From Phoronis australis (Eukaryota; Animalia; Phoronida), in the NCBI GenBank assembly GCA_002633005.1, contig NMRA01000207.1, forward strand, positions 646,634-697,779: 51,146 nt of DNA. The letters are read 5' to 3'. Positions within the stretch are counted from its first letter, which is position 1, and each line of letters starts with the position of its first letter. The position numbers and the translations under genes were made by a program. This document shows positions 37,001 through 46,573 of this stretch, one piece after another. The notes beneath the pieces are model-generated. The model saw only the letters and a list, made by a program, of their open reading frames with translations, had not been told where the DNA came from and did no database searches.

Positions 37001-40000
37001 ACAAACAAACCAGTATGTTGTAAGCTCCAATGTTCCTGTTAAGATAACGATCAGCATGTCAATCTTCACGTGTGCGCTTGCGATTTAACTCTTGTGCCCA
37101 TTTGGATGTCCTAGACACCTGCTGGATGAAGGCTCACACTACGATCATCTTCTCGAGGACGGAATAAAGTCAAGGCATTAAAGCCTTACATCAACAGAAT
37201 TTTGTTATTTTGATGTATTGGTCTAACCAGATAGTCTAAGCAAAGTCTTAGTAAAACAAGAAAACGCTATTTCAATCACGCAAATGTAAGCCCGTCAAAC
37301 GATAAGTGATGCTGCCTTTTTGTGCAATGTTGCGTTACAGCGAGATCCCAGCACAAACAACAAAAGGTTGTATTGAATAGGGATCCGAATAGAACACCAT
37401 TGTGTGCAGGTATTATTTGCAGCTGTTTGAATTAAAAGGTGATTCTCGCAGTGACATAGACAAAAGCAAGCCAATTCGCCTAACAGTTCATTACATTTGG
37501 TAATTTATGGCACTAGTGGGCTCAGAGCGATGCTCTTAACATAGTGTAGGAACCAAATTTACAGGTGTTACTCTTGAAGATAGGCTTCAAGTACCTCACG
37601 TGGGAGAAGTCACTTTACAAATCACAAACAGTGCTCACTCACTCATTTACCTAGTGAAGATCCCAGCTCAGTCCCGTGTATACCCGATGAGGGTATGACA
37701 GGATTGTTTGTGGGACGAGGTGGTGTCTTCATGTCGGGTAGACAGCTACCACTGGTAGTCTGCTGTGGTTGACGAGAGGGAAACCTTCGCCTGAAATATT
37801 CATTTAGACAATGCCATTCACTATGAAACTTGAGATGTTGCAGGGAAATGTCATTTTGTCCACAACTCTGCGCCCTACAAAATTGCTCACAGACTACAGT
37901 ACCTCTAACAAGTGACAAGAACACAGACCACAGAAGTTAGACCAGCACAGTGCACAGGCATTACAAAGTAACAGGCAATACCATCCCTTCCTAGTCCCTG
38001 TGAATCACAAGGACTTCACCTGTAGTCAGAGCTAGCAATCACAGCATGACTGCACAAAAGGACATTGTTCAACAGCTGTTCAGCCTTTAACACAGCCTGC
38101 TTTTTGTTGCCTTTGAGAGACTTAGTACCACTCATTTATCCAGGATTTCAATAAGGCAACCAAAATAGGTTTCCCAATTTCTCAGGGCTTCCATGACCAA
38201 TGATGGTTGTATCTCAGGTCCTTCGACAGGCCACTGAGCATCAGAGCTCTTACTACCAAGTTTTAAAAAAGAGACACCAATCGAGGCTCAATTACTTTTG
38301 TGTCCCGAGCTAAGTAGCCTAGGTACTACATGAATTTAAATGTGGAGCGACACAGTGTTTGTAAACCTTAAGCCATGTTTCAAAAGACACTTTTCTGCTT
38401 TTGAGCTAACTGATTGAAATTGTGTTCCATAGTCGTGGTAAATGCTATTATTTAGGAGTAAAAATGATAGTGACATGCTCAGCAATAGAAAATAATGAGC
38501 ACCTACAGCTGCTTTCATAAATTAACAGAAATAAAGAACATGACACACACTTTGCACCGTGTTTGAATTATTGTCCATGGAGAACCCTGTCACATGAAGC
38601 AAGTCCAGGGATAATCATGACACATAAAGTAAGTTGCAGCAATCATAGTAACATTTCCAAATGCATAAAAGTAAAAAAATTAACAATTTTCACTCATGCG
38701 GCCCTATTTTTGTAATTATAATCCTCCTCAGGCATGAGGTAAGTTTCAGGCACTAAAATGGCAGGAATCAACAAGGGGAACGACGCCATGATACTATTGG
38801 CTGAACACATCTGTTCCAGGTACACATCATATGCGCAGCGCTGATCTGTAGTTTTTTATCAAACTAGAAAATAAATTTCATGCAAATACAATCTTTGTAC
38901 CAATTAGATTTTGCTAATCCGTAACCAATCAGTACTTTTGGCCCAAGAGCATAAGCCAAACCACGCGGCATAACAGGGTTCAGTCTCCTAATGCAAGGTT
39001 TGTTGAGCGTAATCACCGCTTGAGGAAATAGCTTTTCGTCCGATAACCTTAACGTGAAATGGCATGATGGCCTCGTTGAAATACTTATATGGTAAGATCT
39101 CGTCAATTCAAGACACAATACGGTGGACAAGTGATATTTTATTATAAATCTTAATTTTTTCAACAAAAAAATTGCATAAACCAGATTGATGCTTTACCAG
39201 GTTTAAGTTATTTATCACCCAAGCACCCGCATTTAAAAGATATTTTCCTTCATTTTACCAATCACGGTATATCCACAAAAAAATTAAAGCTGCCAAGACA
39301 GGAAGTAAAAACCAGGGTAAAATCTCACTTACATCGGACAAAAATAACTACCAAAATCAGTATTTTTTCCTTTTTCAAAAGCTTCTAGCATTGTAGTTGT
39401 GAATGTCTGCAATTTTCCAAAACTTAGACGGTAAAAAAGAGTGCAGTTGGCCCGATGCCGTTTGCAAAACATGAGGCGTTTTTAGACCACAGGGTGGCAG
39501 TGGTACAAAATGTGAACGTTCACTTCAACACTGTTCCACACAACAGATGATTTAGCACAATTTCACTTGTCGGCCATGTTGTCCTAAACAGGAAAGACTT
39601 AAGTGAATGCTTTAAAACACTTCACTCTTAAAGAAATTTAACCAATCTAAATTGCCTAGACAATAATTAACCTACCTGAAATCAGATTAATGCATTAAGT
39701 TTAAAGCAACACAAGAGTTGGCAAAAAAACAATTGGAAGTTGTCAATGAAGCGGGCACTGTTGTAAATCTTTTAATAGAAGCTGGGTTTCTACGGTAATA
39801 CAAGAGGTTTACATACACTAAAATTACAGTAAAAAATCTCTGTGCAAAAATTAATTAGAGCTCAGTGACCTCAGTTTGTGTTTACCGACCTGGGAAAAAT
39901 TCCAGTTTTCCAAGATTTATTACCTTTGATTCACAAGCCTACATTTAGGCATTTATGGGGAAATTGGGTAGCGCTACTGCCATTTGATGAACTGTTACAA

Positions 40001-43000
40001 CAACCAGATAAAAAACATGGAAATTGATTTAGGTGCCCGCCTGATATTTTCAGTTTTGGTGACCTCAGATTTCGTTCTGCAACCTGGGATTTTTGCCAGG
40101 TCGCCAAATTCAACATTGTGTTTAGCTAAGCGTCAAGCGTTGAATTATTTTGCCCAAGGTCGGAGTTTGTCCCACATTCCAGACATTGGCAACACTGGCT
40201 CTCCCAAATTCAAAAATCATCAGAAAGGCTGCAAATTAAACTACACACTCTGTAGATTTAAAACACATTGCCCACAATTTGAGAAATAAGGTGAACGGTA
40301 AAATCGGTCTTGTTCTAAATTACAAAATGAAGAACATTCAATTGATGTTTCCACGTTCCAAATTCTAGAGACTGCCCAGAATTGGACATTTTTCCATAAC
40401 ACTGGGCCTCCAATGTAAGCTGTCTCCAACACTAGCCTAGACTACATGGTATCTTGTAATACACCTAACATGACTTCGGAGATTACGATTGATAATGCCG
40501 ATTTTTTGTGTTTGTCATTATGGTTTTGGCCCAGAAACTAATAAACGTTAGGTCCCTTAGACTGGGTGTAGAGCACCTCTGAAATTAATTAATGCCCTGG
40601 CTGTCTATTAGAAGCTTTACAGTAATTCCATTTAACCCATGCAAGCTTGCATTGATCCATACACTAAATGCTACTTGCAGAAAGCACAACAACAATATGT
40701 AGCAATATTGATTCATATTGATAATTCTTGTCTTCAGCCACAGCATTCAGGAACAACAAGCAATCAGGATTTTCAAGGCATGCACATTTACTTGACATAC
40801 ACAAGAAATTTCACTATTTTATTACAACATGACAAACAGGCGAAATTTTGTTTTCATTTTCATAATTTAAACAAATTCCATGCCACAACTACCATACAAT
40901 ATTGTGAGCATTCCCAATGTGACAAGCCATTGAAAAGTGAAATACGAGCAACTCTGGAAATCATTTAGTTTTTAAAAAGTTGCAGAGATTTTACCAGTAA
41001 CTACTTGTATGCCTACCTTTGCTTATAGGCCCCAATTTCCAAGAAATTGAACAAATGAACATGATCCATACACTTCATACTATTGTGCTGAGAAGAAAAA
41101 GCTCGATAATTTATTCTGTTGAACTTTGGACTTTTGAGGCATTCCATTACCCGATGAGGGTGGAACTGGTGATGACCGAGGGGAGGGGAAGTTTCCCTCC
41201 ACCAAGGAGGTAACTTTCTGCTTAGATGAGCGAGAGCCCTGCACTGAAAGGGGCATTTCAACAAACTAAGACATGTTCCTGGAATCATGAACCAAACCCT
41301 GGTACATCACTAGTTTTTAAAACAGTTTTTCTTCAAACTATGTCTGTAAACTCACTAGTTACTAAGGGACTTCTCAATAGACCCACAACTGCATGTTACT
41401 GATGTATCGCCAGCTTTTTGAGTGATGACTTAACTAACCAATCAAAACGCATCACTCTTGACGTACCTTCGTTTCCAAGCCGCCATTTTACCTGACAAAC
41501 AATGCATTGCTAGGTAAAGCTTATTGTTTGTTTGTCAACATTTCTCAAGGAGGCGGACCTTGCAATAGGTCAATTTCTTGGAAACTAGGAAGCAACAGAA
41601 ACAGAAACAGAAAGTATGGCAAACATTCTACAGTTTGTGAAAGCCTCTAAATTTAAACATCCAAATTCAAGTTGGCATTGAATTTTCAAGGTTCTGAATA
41701 CTGCGACGTTGCAATTTGTATCAAAAGATATGACAGTCAAAATAGCCCCTCTGCAACCTCATAGTGTGTAACCTAAAGTTGAATCATCCATTGTCATTGA
41801 TCGTTATTCTTAAATTTGGGGCAACCAGCAGTGACTAAAATTTGGTACAAGCTCCAATTACTGTTTCACTTTCCCAAACTGGATATTTTTTTACAACAGT
41901 TTTTGCCACTTCAAAGAAAAAAGACCTCCTAAGCTTCCAAATATGCGTAAAGTACCTGTGTAACTCTTTTATTTTGATCTGTATGGGCACTGCACAGCCC
42001 CTGTGTATCAATTGCAATGCCCGCGACATCAGTTCCTGCTTTCGGCCGCTCTTGTTGCGCCCGGCGAAGCCCAGTAGCACCTGCAGCTCTGACACACGGA
42101 ATGTGCACACCATTTGCTGTAGAAAATCAAAACCGTCCAAAATGACTACTGAAACTTTGGATTTGTTAAACAATTGAATAACGGCATGGTATAAAGAGAG
42201 AGATCACTTCCAGGGCATAAAACATACAGCTTTGAACCATGGGTAAAGTTTTATCACTAACACAACTTAAAGAAACTGGCTGTTCCTATACAGAGAAAAG
42301 TTAAAAATGGAAATTAGAACGTGCCAGTTTCATATGTTTGGGAATTCACTTGATCCTTAAAACACTATGCCTGATACCTCAAAAACAGATGGCCGTACCA
42401 AAAAAAATGGTTGGCAGCACCTACAACGGATTGCTCGGTGCTCAAACACAATGGTCGAACAAATGACTAGCCGACCGGTTATGGCATCGGACATCATGTT
42501 TTGGGTCCAGCCAACTATTTTTTTGCGTTTTGAAGTCCGGACAACACGTTTGATCACCGGCAGCGTGATTTTGAAGTCCGACCAATTGTTGATTATCCCT
42601 TGTAGGTGCATTCCACAGTATTGGTTTTGTTACAGATGTGACATTCAGACACTTTAAATTCCAATATAAAATTAGTGAAACATCACAGTAGTAAGAAATT
42701 TTAAGTACACATTACACACTTGATGGAAGCTTTTCAGGTATCAAAAGTTTTTAATTCTGCACATTATAAGTGTACTAAAATTTACTTTTAATTAGTGTTA
42801 CAGATGTGACCGAAAATGCCATGGTTAATATGCTAATGGTGGTTTGTCTAAAAACTCTGTTCTGTCTTTCATATTATGGAACTAGTTTCCCTATAGATAA
42901 TTTAACTATTTATTTGGCTATAACATGAAGAAAAGGTTTTTGAACTAAAATCAAGTCTTTGTATAATTATGAGCAATTTAAAAAAACCACGTGCGTTACA

Positions 43001-45781
43001 GATGTGACTGTTACAGATGTGACTATTTGGCACTTGCACTATACAGAGTTGTAGAATGCAATTTTANCCATGCAGGGGTTTTGGAGATACAACAGCAGAC
43101 GCCAGATGGCCAGCTGGACAGATGGGCATGACAGCATCACTCATGTAAATATGTTGGTGTGTAACAAAACATACCCATATGACTACATCATGTTCTGGCA
43201 TTTTAAATTTGCTTGAGTGATTTGTGCAATAATCATTGAGGTAATCTGGGATAGAGGTGGGTGTTCATCAGCTTTTTACCTTGGAATTTGATACAAACAC
43301 AAATCTGTTAATACAGATATAGAAAATACTAACCAACCCAACAGAAAACTTGTGCACGAGCAAAACTGACCACAGAATGAATCAAGGAAGGAATTTTTAA
43401 AAAGATAATACCTCCTTCACCAGCTGATTGATGGAATGTTGAAGGAATGATTTAGTAAACAATGCTCAACAACCTCAAAAAAAAAAATCAATTTAGAGAA
43501 TATAAAAACATTTATGCCTGGTGATGAAAGACACAGTTGTTCACAAGATAGAAATTGTTTCCCTAATATTCACCTCAATTTCACAGAATTTGGCAGTTGA
43601 GAATAAGCCTATAAGTGACACATTAATAAATAAATCAAATAGATGCTGGAATGCCCTGCAGTTAACGACGAATAAGAATACGAAAAAGAAAAAAAATAGT
43701 AAAAAGAAAATGATGAGCGTCGGTACTAAAATACATTAAAATATTCCCGTTTTGAGCAATGCCCTCTTTGTCTAGGGTATGATACAAACTGCAAAAAGAA
43801 TGGTATAAAATCGCACAGGTAACAATGTGGTCACTTTTGCTATTTTATCTATATCATGAATTTTGTGATTTTTTCTGCCAATTTTCACACAGCCAGGGGA
43901 AAGTGAATTACTCTGTAACAGACGTGATATGGTACTTTTGTCAGGAACTGTTTAAAATATATTTTTGATGAGCTTTCACATTCCATGCTTGTTTAGAGGC
44001 AGTCGATGTCCTTAATTCCTTCCAACATGAACAAATACTACTGGTGGGCACCATAAAAATAGGAGAACGTGCAGTGCATAAATGGACAGTTGCTGATTTG
44101 GGCAACTGAACAAAGAATTGCTCATAGAAGAAAGTTTGACAACGGAAGTATTTGTTCGAGCAGGAAGGAATCAAAGACATTGATGGCTGGCCTCTTAAGG
44201 TCACAGGCGTCCTCAGCTTCTGATCGTCCCCAATACACTACATATAATACTACAAGGTATGACACTCCCGACTAGAAATTCCACGGGTGCTTCCCTTCAG
44301 CCGTCCACAGCAAATATAAAACTCAATAAATTTACACAAAACAGAGGTTCAACAAACCATGAAGAATTGTTCTTTCTCCCAATACCATTCACGCTGTCCT
44401 GTTCCGGCGACTTCGTAAGAAATTCGCAATCAAAGAACAAAAATGTTCACAACAAGTCCCCACACACTTTCATCGTGGGCCGCTCGAGGTCAAGGACGGT
44501 ACGGAAATTGCCGGTGAGTTATGGAAGTACTCAATAGTTTTTCTACTGGCGGCTAAGTGTAGAGTTATCGACATCGTGACTTTACGCGACAAACCGGCAA
44601 TTTCCGTACCGTCCTTGACCTCGAGCGGCCCACGATGAAAGTGTGTGGGGNNNNNNNNNNNNNNNNNNNNNNNNNNNNNNNNNNNNNNNNNNNNNNNNNN
44701 NNNNNNNNNNNNNNNNNNNNNNNNNNNNNNNNNNNNNNNNNNNNNNNNNNNNNNNNNNNNNNNNNNNNNNNNNNNCCCCACACACTTTCATCGTGGGCCG
44801 CTCGAGGTCAAGGACGGTACGGAAATTGCCGGTGAGTTATGGAAGTACTCAATAGTTTTTCTACTGGCGGCTAAGTGTAGAGTTATCGACATCGTGACTT
44901 TACGCGACAAACCGGCAATTTCCGTACCGTCCTTGACCTCGAGCGGCCCACGATGAAAGTGTGTGGGGCCTTTATGTGAACATTTTGGTTCTTTGACTGC
45001 GAATTTCTTACGAAGTCACAGGAACAGGACACCGTGAATGGTATTGGGAGAAAGAACAATTCTTCATGGTTTGTTGAACCTCTGTTTTGTGTAAATTTAT
45101 TGAGTTTTATATTTGCTGTGAACGGGTGAAGTGAAGCACCCATGGAATTTCTAGTCGGGAGTGTCATACCTTGTGTGTGTATTGGGGACGATCAGAAGCT
45201 GAGGACGCCTGTGCTTAAGGTGGCCTCTATGTGCAAAACAAATTTATAACAACAATATTTTTTTAAGTGTGAGGCATAATTCTTTGATAAACTTTGGGTG
45301 TATGAAGAGCCTATGAGCTTCACCATCTCAACGCCAAAGGCAAAGGCCGGTGGAAACGTCAATGGAATGGTCTACTTCACTTCAGAGACAGAGGTTGAAA
45401 CAGGTTCTTGAAATCAAGACCAGTTAAAGAAAGTGACCATTTCCGAATTCCAAGGTGGCCCAATTCACTGATCAGAAGTTTGAGTGGGCAGTTGCACAAA
45501 GTTTAAGAACAAATGTCTCATGTCGCCTTGACGTTCTGTCAGACATGATTGAATGTCTGATTGTCTCATCACACAGTTAGGAATTTTTATGACAAAAACT
45601 GAGAACAAGTAACAACATAAACACCTTTTTCGGAGAAATTACTACGTTCAGACGATTACCAAATTTGATTTAATGCAAAAAATTAAGAAATCGACATAGA
45701 GACACAATTCATGGCATCTGGAAGAACAAAATTCAGAAATTCTTGTCAGAAACTTACCCGCAGTTCTTCAATATCCGCCAT
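12861..45781 (-). CDS. PIAS: PIAS-family E3 SUMO-protein ligase, whole gene. Shared exons 45758-45781, 41956-42116, 37651-37790, 34343-34471, 33322-33457, 31958-32048, 31155-31289, 30251-30356, 28179-28252, 27646-27806, 27093-27241; then either 25496-26463 (isoform A, 757 aa) or 26301-26463, 17712-17855, 16031-16116, 12861-13087 (isoform B, 641 aa)
   Basis: All introns are GT-AG and phases chain without frameshift (CDS 2274 nt and 1926 nt, both divisible by 3). Translation gives SAP ([24 protein letters not shown]), PINIT (RPVNIT), SP-RING (CSHVQCFD...WICPVC), SIM ([12 protein letters not shown]) and C-terminal DVIPID*. Confidence 0.96.
14072..14890. mobile_element. PIF/Harbinger-type MITE
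   Basis: ~35-bp TIRs GGGCTGTTCCAGYAAAATCYGTRTGGGAGGGGGGG; 3-bp TSD TCA at 14069-14071 and 14891-14893. Confidence 0.85.
15228..15700 (-). mobile_element. 5'-truncated non-LTR retrotransposon (ORF2 C-terminus plus tail; CR1/L2- or RTE-X-like)
   Basis: [11 protein letters not shown]...ERLCLCC...[14 protein letters not shown] zinc-knuckle-like motif, then an (AATA)n tail. Confidence 0.8.
16031..16116 (-). CDS. PIAS: PIAS isoform B exon 14
   Basis: ttttatccag acceptor, CAG|gtaggt donor, phase 2 to 1; [28 protein letters not shown]. Confidence 0.78.
17650..17728. repeat. 37-bp tandem duplication spanning the PIAS exon 13 donor
   Basis: CAACCATACCMCAATATGTGCTTACCYGGCTGCAGGC at 17650 and 17687. 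Confidence 0.9.
17712..17855 (-). CDS. PIAS: PIAS isoform B exon 13
   Basis: ccttttccag acceptor, CAG|gtaagc donor; only the phase-2 frame is open ([25 protein letters not shown]...). Confidence 0.78.
20089..21635 (+). mobile_element. Helentron-associated non-autonomous element (HINE/DINE-1-like) with internal tandem array; spans an N-gap
   Basis: AACAAGAG start; sub-terminal ATGCGCCCACA inverted at the 3' end; ~140-160-bp subunits in a 453-bp higher-order unit (20921 vs 21374); (GGAC)n microsatellite; 3' stem-loop 21604-21633. Confidence 0.75.
23331..23860 (+). mobile_element. Old TIR element containing a truncated THAP-domain relic
   Basis: Degenerate TIRs CCTCAARTGWACCATAGC..AGYTAACA; 23554-23700 reads [17 protein letters not shown]...VTFHPF. 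Confidence 0.6.
24569..24736 (+). mobile_element. Short MITE, same family as 41378-41573
   Basis: TGACCTATC..GATAGGTCA TIR; shares AACTRACCAATCA...TTTCCAAGCYGCCATTTTACC core with the second copy. Confidence 0.7.
25496..26463 (-). CDS. PIAS: PIAS exon 12: acidic region and phospho-SIM, then either an internal donor at 26301/26300 or read-through into a Ser/Pro-rich terminal extension
   Basis: [17 protein letters not shown]; ORF stays open ~268 codons past the TG|GTGCGT donor to TGA at 25496. Confidence 0.88.
27093..27241 (-). CDS. PIAS: PIAS exon 11 (SP-CTD)
   Basis: [22 protein letters not shown]; phase 2 to 1. Confidence 0.95.
27576..27634. repeat. 27-bp tandem repeat next to the PIAS exon 10 donor
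   Basis: AAGCCAKAGTTCATAGSYACATWGAGT x2. Confidence 0.8.
27646..27806 (-). CDS. PIAS: PIAS exon 10, SP-RING (zf-MIZ) domain
   Basis: [54 protein letters not shown]; Zn ligands C-x-H and CPVC intact; missing from the ORF track. Confidence 0.97.
28179..28252 (-). CDS. PIAS: PIAS exon 9
   Basis: [25 protein letters not shown]; 74 nt, phase 1 to 0. Confidence 0.97.
29396..29893. mobile_element. CAG..CTG MITE with 6-bp TSD
   Basis: Perfect 13-bp TIR CAGGGCTTGGAAT / ATTCCAAGCCCTG; TSD ATAACA at 29390-29395 and 29894-29899. Confidence 0.85.
30251..30356 (-). CDS. PIAS: PIAS exon 8
   Basis: [35 protein letters not shown]; ttgtag acceptor, gtaagt donor; phase 0 to 1. Confidence 0.96.
31155..31289 (-). 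CDS. PIAS: PIAS exon 7, PINIT motif
   Basis: [39 protein letters not shown]; 135 nt, phase 0 to 0. Confidence 0.97.
31272..31410. repeat. 64-bp diverged tandem duplication spanning the PIAS exon 7 acceptor
   Basis: GAGGCTGRAATGAACA..AACCAYGCGTAACT at 31286 and 31350. Confidence 0.8.
31692..31765. repeat. 34-bp tandem repeat x2
   Basis: CCATTGGTCAACAYGAAAGGAATC..AGGTRCAA. Confidence 0.8.
31958..32048 (-). CDS. PIAS: PIAS exon 6, PINIT domain
   Basis: [30 protein letters not shown]; 91 nt, phase 2 to 0. Confidence 0.96.
33322..33457 (-). CDS. PIAS: PIAS exon 5, PINIT domain
   Basis: [23 protein letters not shown]...DYTVQIQLR; phase 1 to 2. Confidence 0.96.
34343..34471 (-). CDS. PIAS: PIAS exon 4, start of PINIT domain
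   Basis: [26 protein letters not shown]; phase 1 to 1. Confidence 0.96.
35150..36330. repeat. Repeat-derived block: ~168-bp duplication with a (GATGAC)n-like microsatellite, followed by minisatellite/Helentron-like sequence
   Basis: ACTTGGCRAAATTAAC at ~35156 and ~35323; repeated GCCATCTTG / CCGGAAGT motifs. Confidence 0.55.
36722..36789. repeat. 16-bp tandem repeat x4
   Basis: CAAGTGAGTGATACAA unit. Confidence 0.9.
36949..37081. mobile_element. Small MITE-like inverted repeat
   Basis: 26-bp arms GCAAGCGCACAYGTGAAGATTGACAT, 1 mismatch. Confidence 0.7.
37651..37790 (-). CDS. PIAS: PIAS exon 3 (RRFPSRQ...GSSL linker)
   Basis: Joining to exon 2 restores KELHRRRFP, matching PIAS KELYRRRFP; phase 2 to 1; tttcag acceptor, gtaaat donor. 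Confidence 0.9.
40050..40142 (-). repeat. Dispersed repeat, inverted relative of 49343-49564
   Basis: CCTCAGATTTCGTT..ACCTGGGATTTT..TTTAGCT.AGCGTCAAGC matches the reverse complement of 49345-49430. Confidence 0.65.
41378..41573 (+). mobile_element. Short MITE, same family as 24569-24736
   Basis: Alignable over ~140 bp; TAGACC..GGTCAA ends. Confidence 0.65.
41956..42116 (-). CDS. PIAS: PIAS exon 2, SAP domain with LxxLL
   Basis: [53 protein letters not shown]; ctacag acceptor, AG|gtact donor, phase 0 to 2. Confidence 0.97.
42629..43024 (+). repeat. Four exact copies of GTTACAGATGTGAC (probable transposon sub-terminal repeats)
   Basis: At about 42629, 42797, 42995 and 43010. Confidence 0.7.
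44199..45214. mobile_element. Foldback (long-TIR) element in PIAS intron 1, TTAA-flanked (Kolobok-like); core duplicated across the N-gap
   Basis: Arms 44199-44515 and 44911-45214 are reverse complements; 77-bp spacer; TTAA at 44195-44198 and 45215-45218. Confidence 0.8.
45758..45781 (-). CDS. PIAS: PIAS coding exon 1 (MADIEELR)
   Basis: AAAATGGCG start context, 24 coding nt, then GTAAGT donor; resembles the vertebrate PIAS N-terminus MADSAELK. Confidence 0.93.
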
Positions 45782-45930
45782 TTTCTCTTTTTCGGGATTC
45801 ACCCGGAAATGACGTAGTTTATAGGTCAAGTTGGGATTAACGGGAGATTGGCAGGTCTGAAGGAGAGTGGAGAAGAACAGTTGGTGAAGATTCCTAATAC
45901 CTGAACTGGTATGAATGAATATTAGGTAAT
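45775..45930. promoter_or_regulatory. Probable bidirectional promoter shared by PIAS and PTS
   Basis: Divergent ATGs 700 bp apart; ETS-CRE composite CCGGAAATGACGT at 45803-45815; YY1-type CCGCCATTTT at 45775-45784 over the PIAS start; candidate PTS 5'UTR donors near 45909 and 45926. Confidence 0.65.
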
Positions 45931-46481
45931 CATCGTTTGCAGGATTTCATGATTTTCAAACAGGAAAGTGAACTAAATAACGGGCTTATTCTACAATTTG
46001 TCTTTATGTTCCGTGTTCGCATCCTCACTGACTCACTGAGTGCCTGATTGTAGTCTACAGTGTAGAGAACATAACTGACCACCGTCTAGTTCTAGTTGAA
46101 CAACACTCAAAAGGTAAAGCCCCTACGTGCGCATATAGGGATGCATTGGCTTAGGCTTAGGAGGTCGTCGGTGACATTTATTCCTTCCAGTAACAGTCTC
46201 TGGCTTCAGGTGTCAAGACTCAAGAATGCCAGTGTTGAAGTGACAGCTCAAACACACCCGACAGTGACACACAGAAACATTGAGGGTGTCAAGGTAGAAA
46301 GTATGTTGCGAAGAGCCAATGCAGGCACATTAGGGGTAAAAAGGGAAACACAAAGCCTCTCTGTTGCTCATGGGCCAGCGAGGTTTCCTTTGATCTCACG
46401 CACATACCAACTTTCTGCCGAGACTGGGGCCCTAATGTGTGCATTCAACTGAAATGTTCATGTCTAAAACATTTTTCAGAG

Positions 46482-46573
46482 ATGGAACTTACTAACAAAG
46501 ATGAGTTACAAAGGCTACCTGTCATGTACTTATCAAGAATTGAGACATTCAGTGCTTGCCACAGACTTCACAG
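46482..46573 (+). CDS. PTS: PTS first coding exon
   Basis: tttttcag acceptor 2 nt before the ATG implies an upstream exon; [13 protein letters not shown]; AG|gtacaa donor. Confidence 0.92.

Noticed and set aside
44458-44968. Direct duplication of the foldback core on both sides of the N-gap, and the ORFs running through Ns
   Set aside because: Identical copies abutting a gap are typical of an uncollapsed contig overlap at a hairpin; treated as an assembly artefact
46096-46452. 118-aa ORF upstream of PTS
   Set aside because: Non-ATG start and no homology; lies in the probable PTS 5'UTR intron
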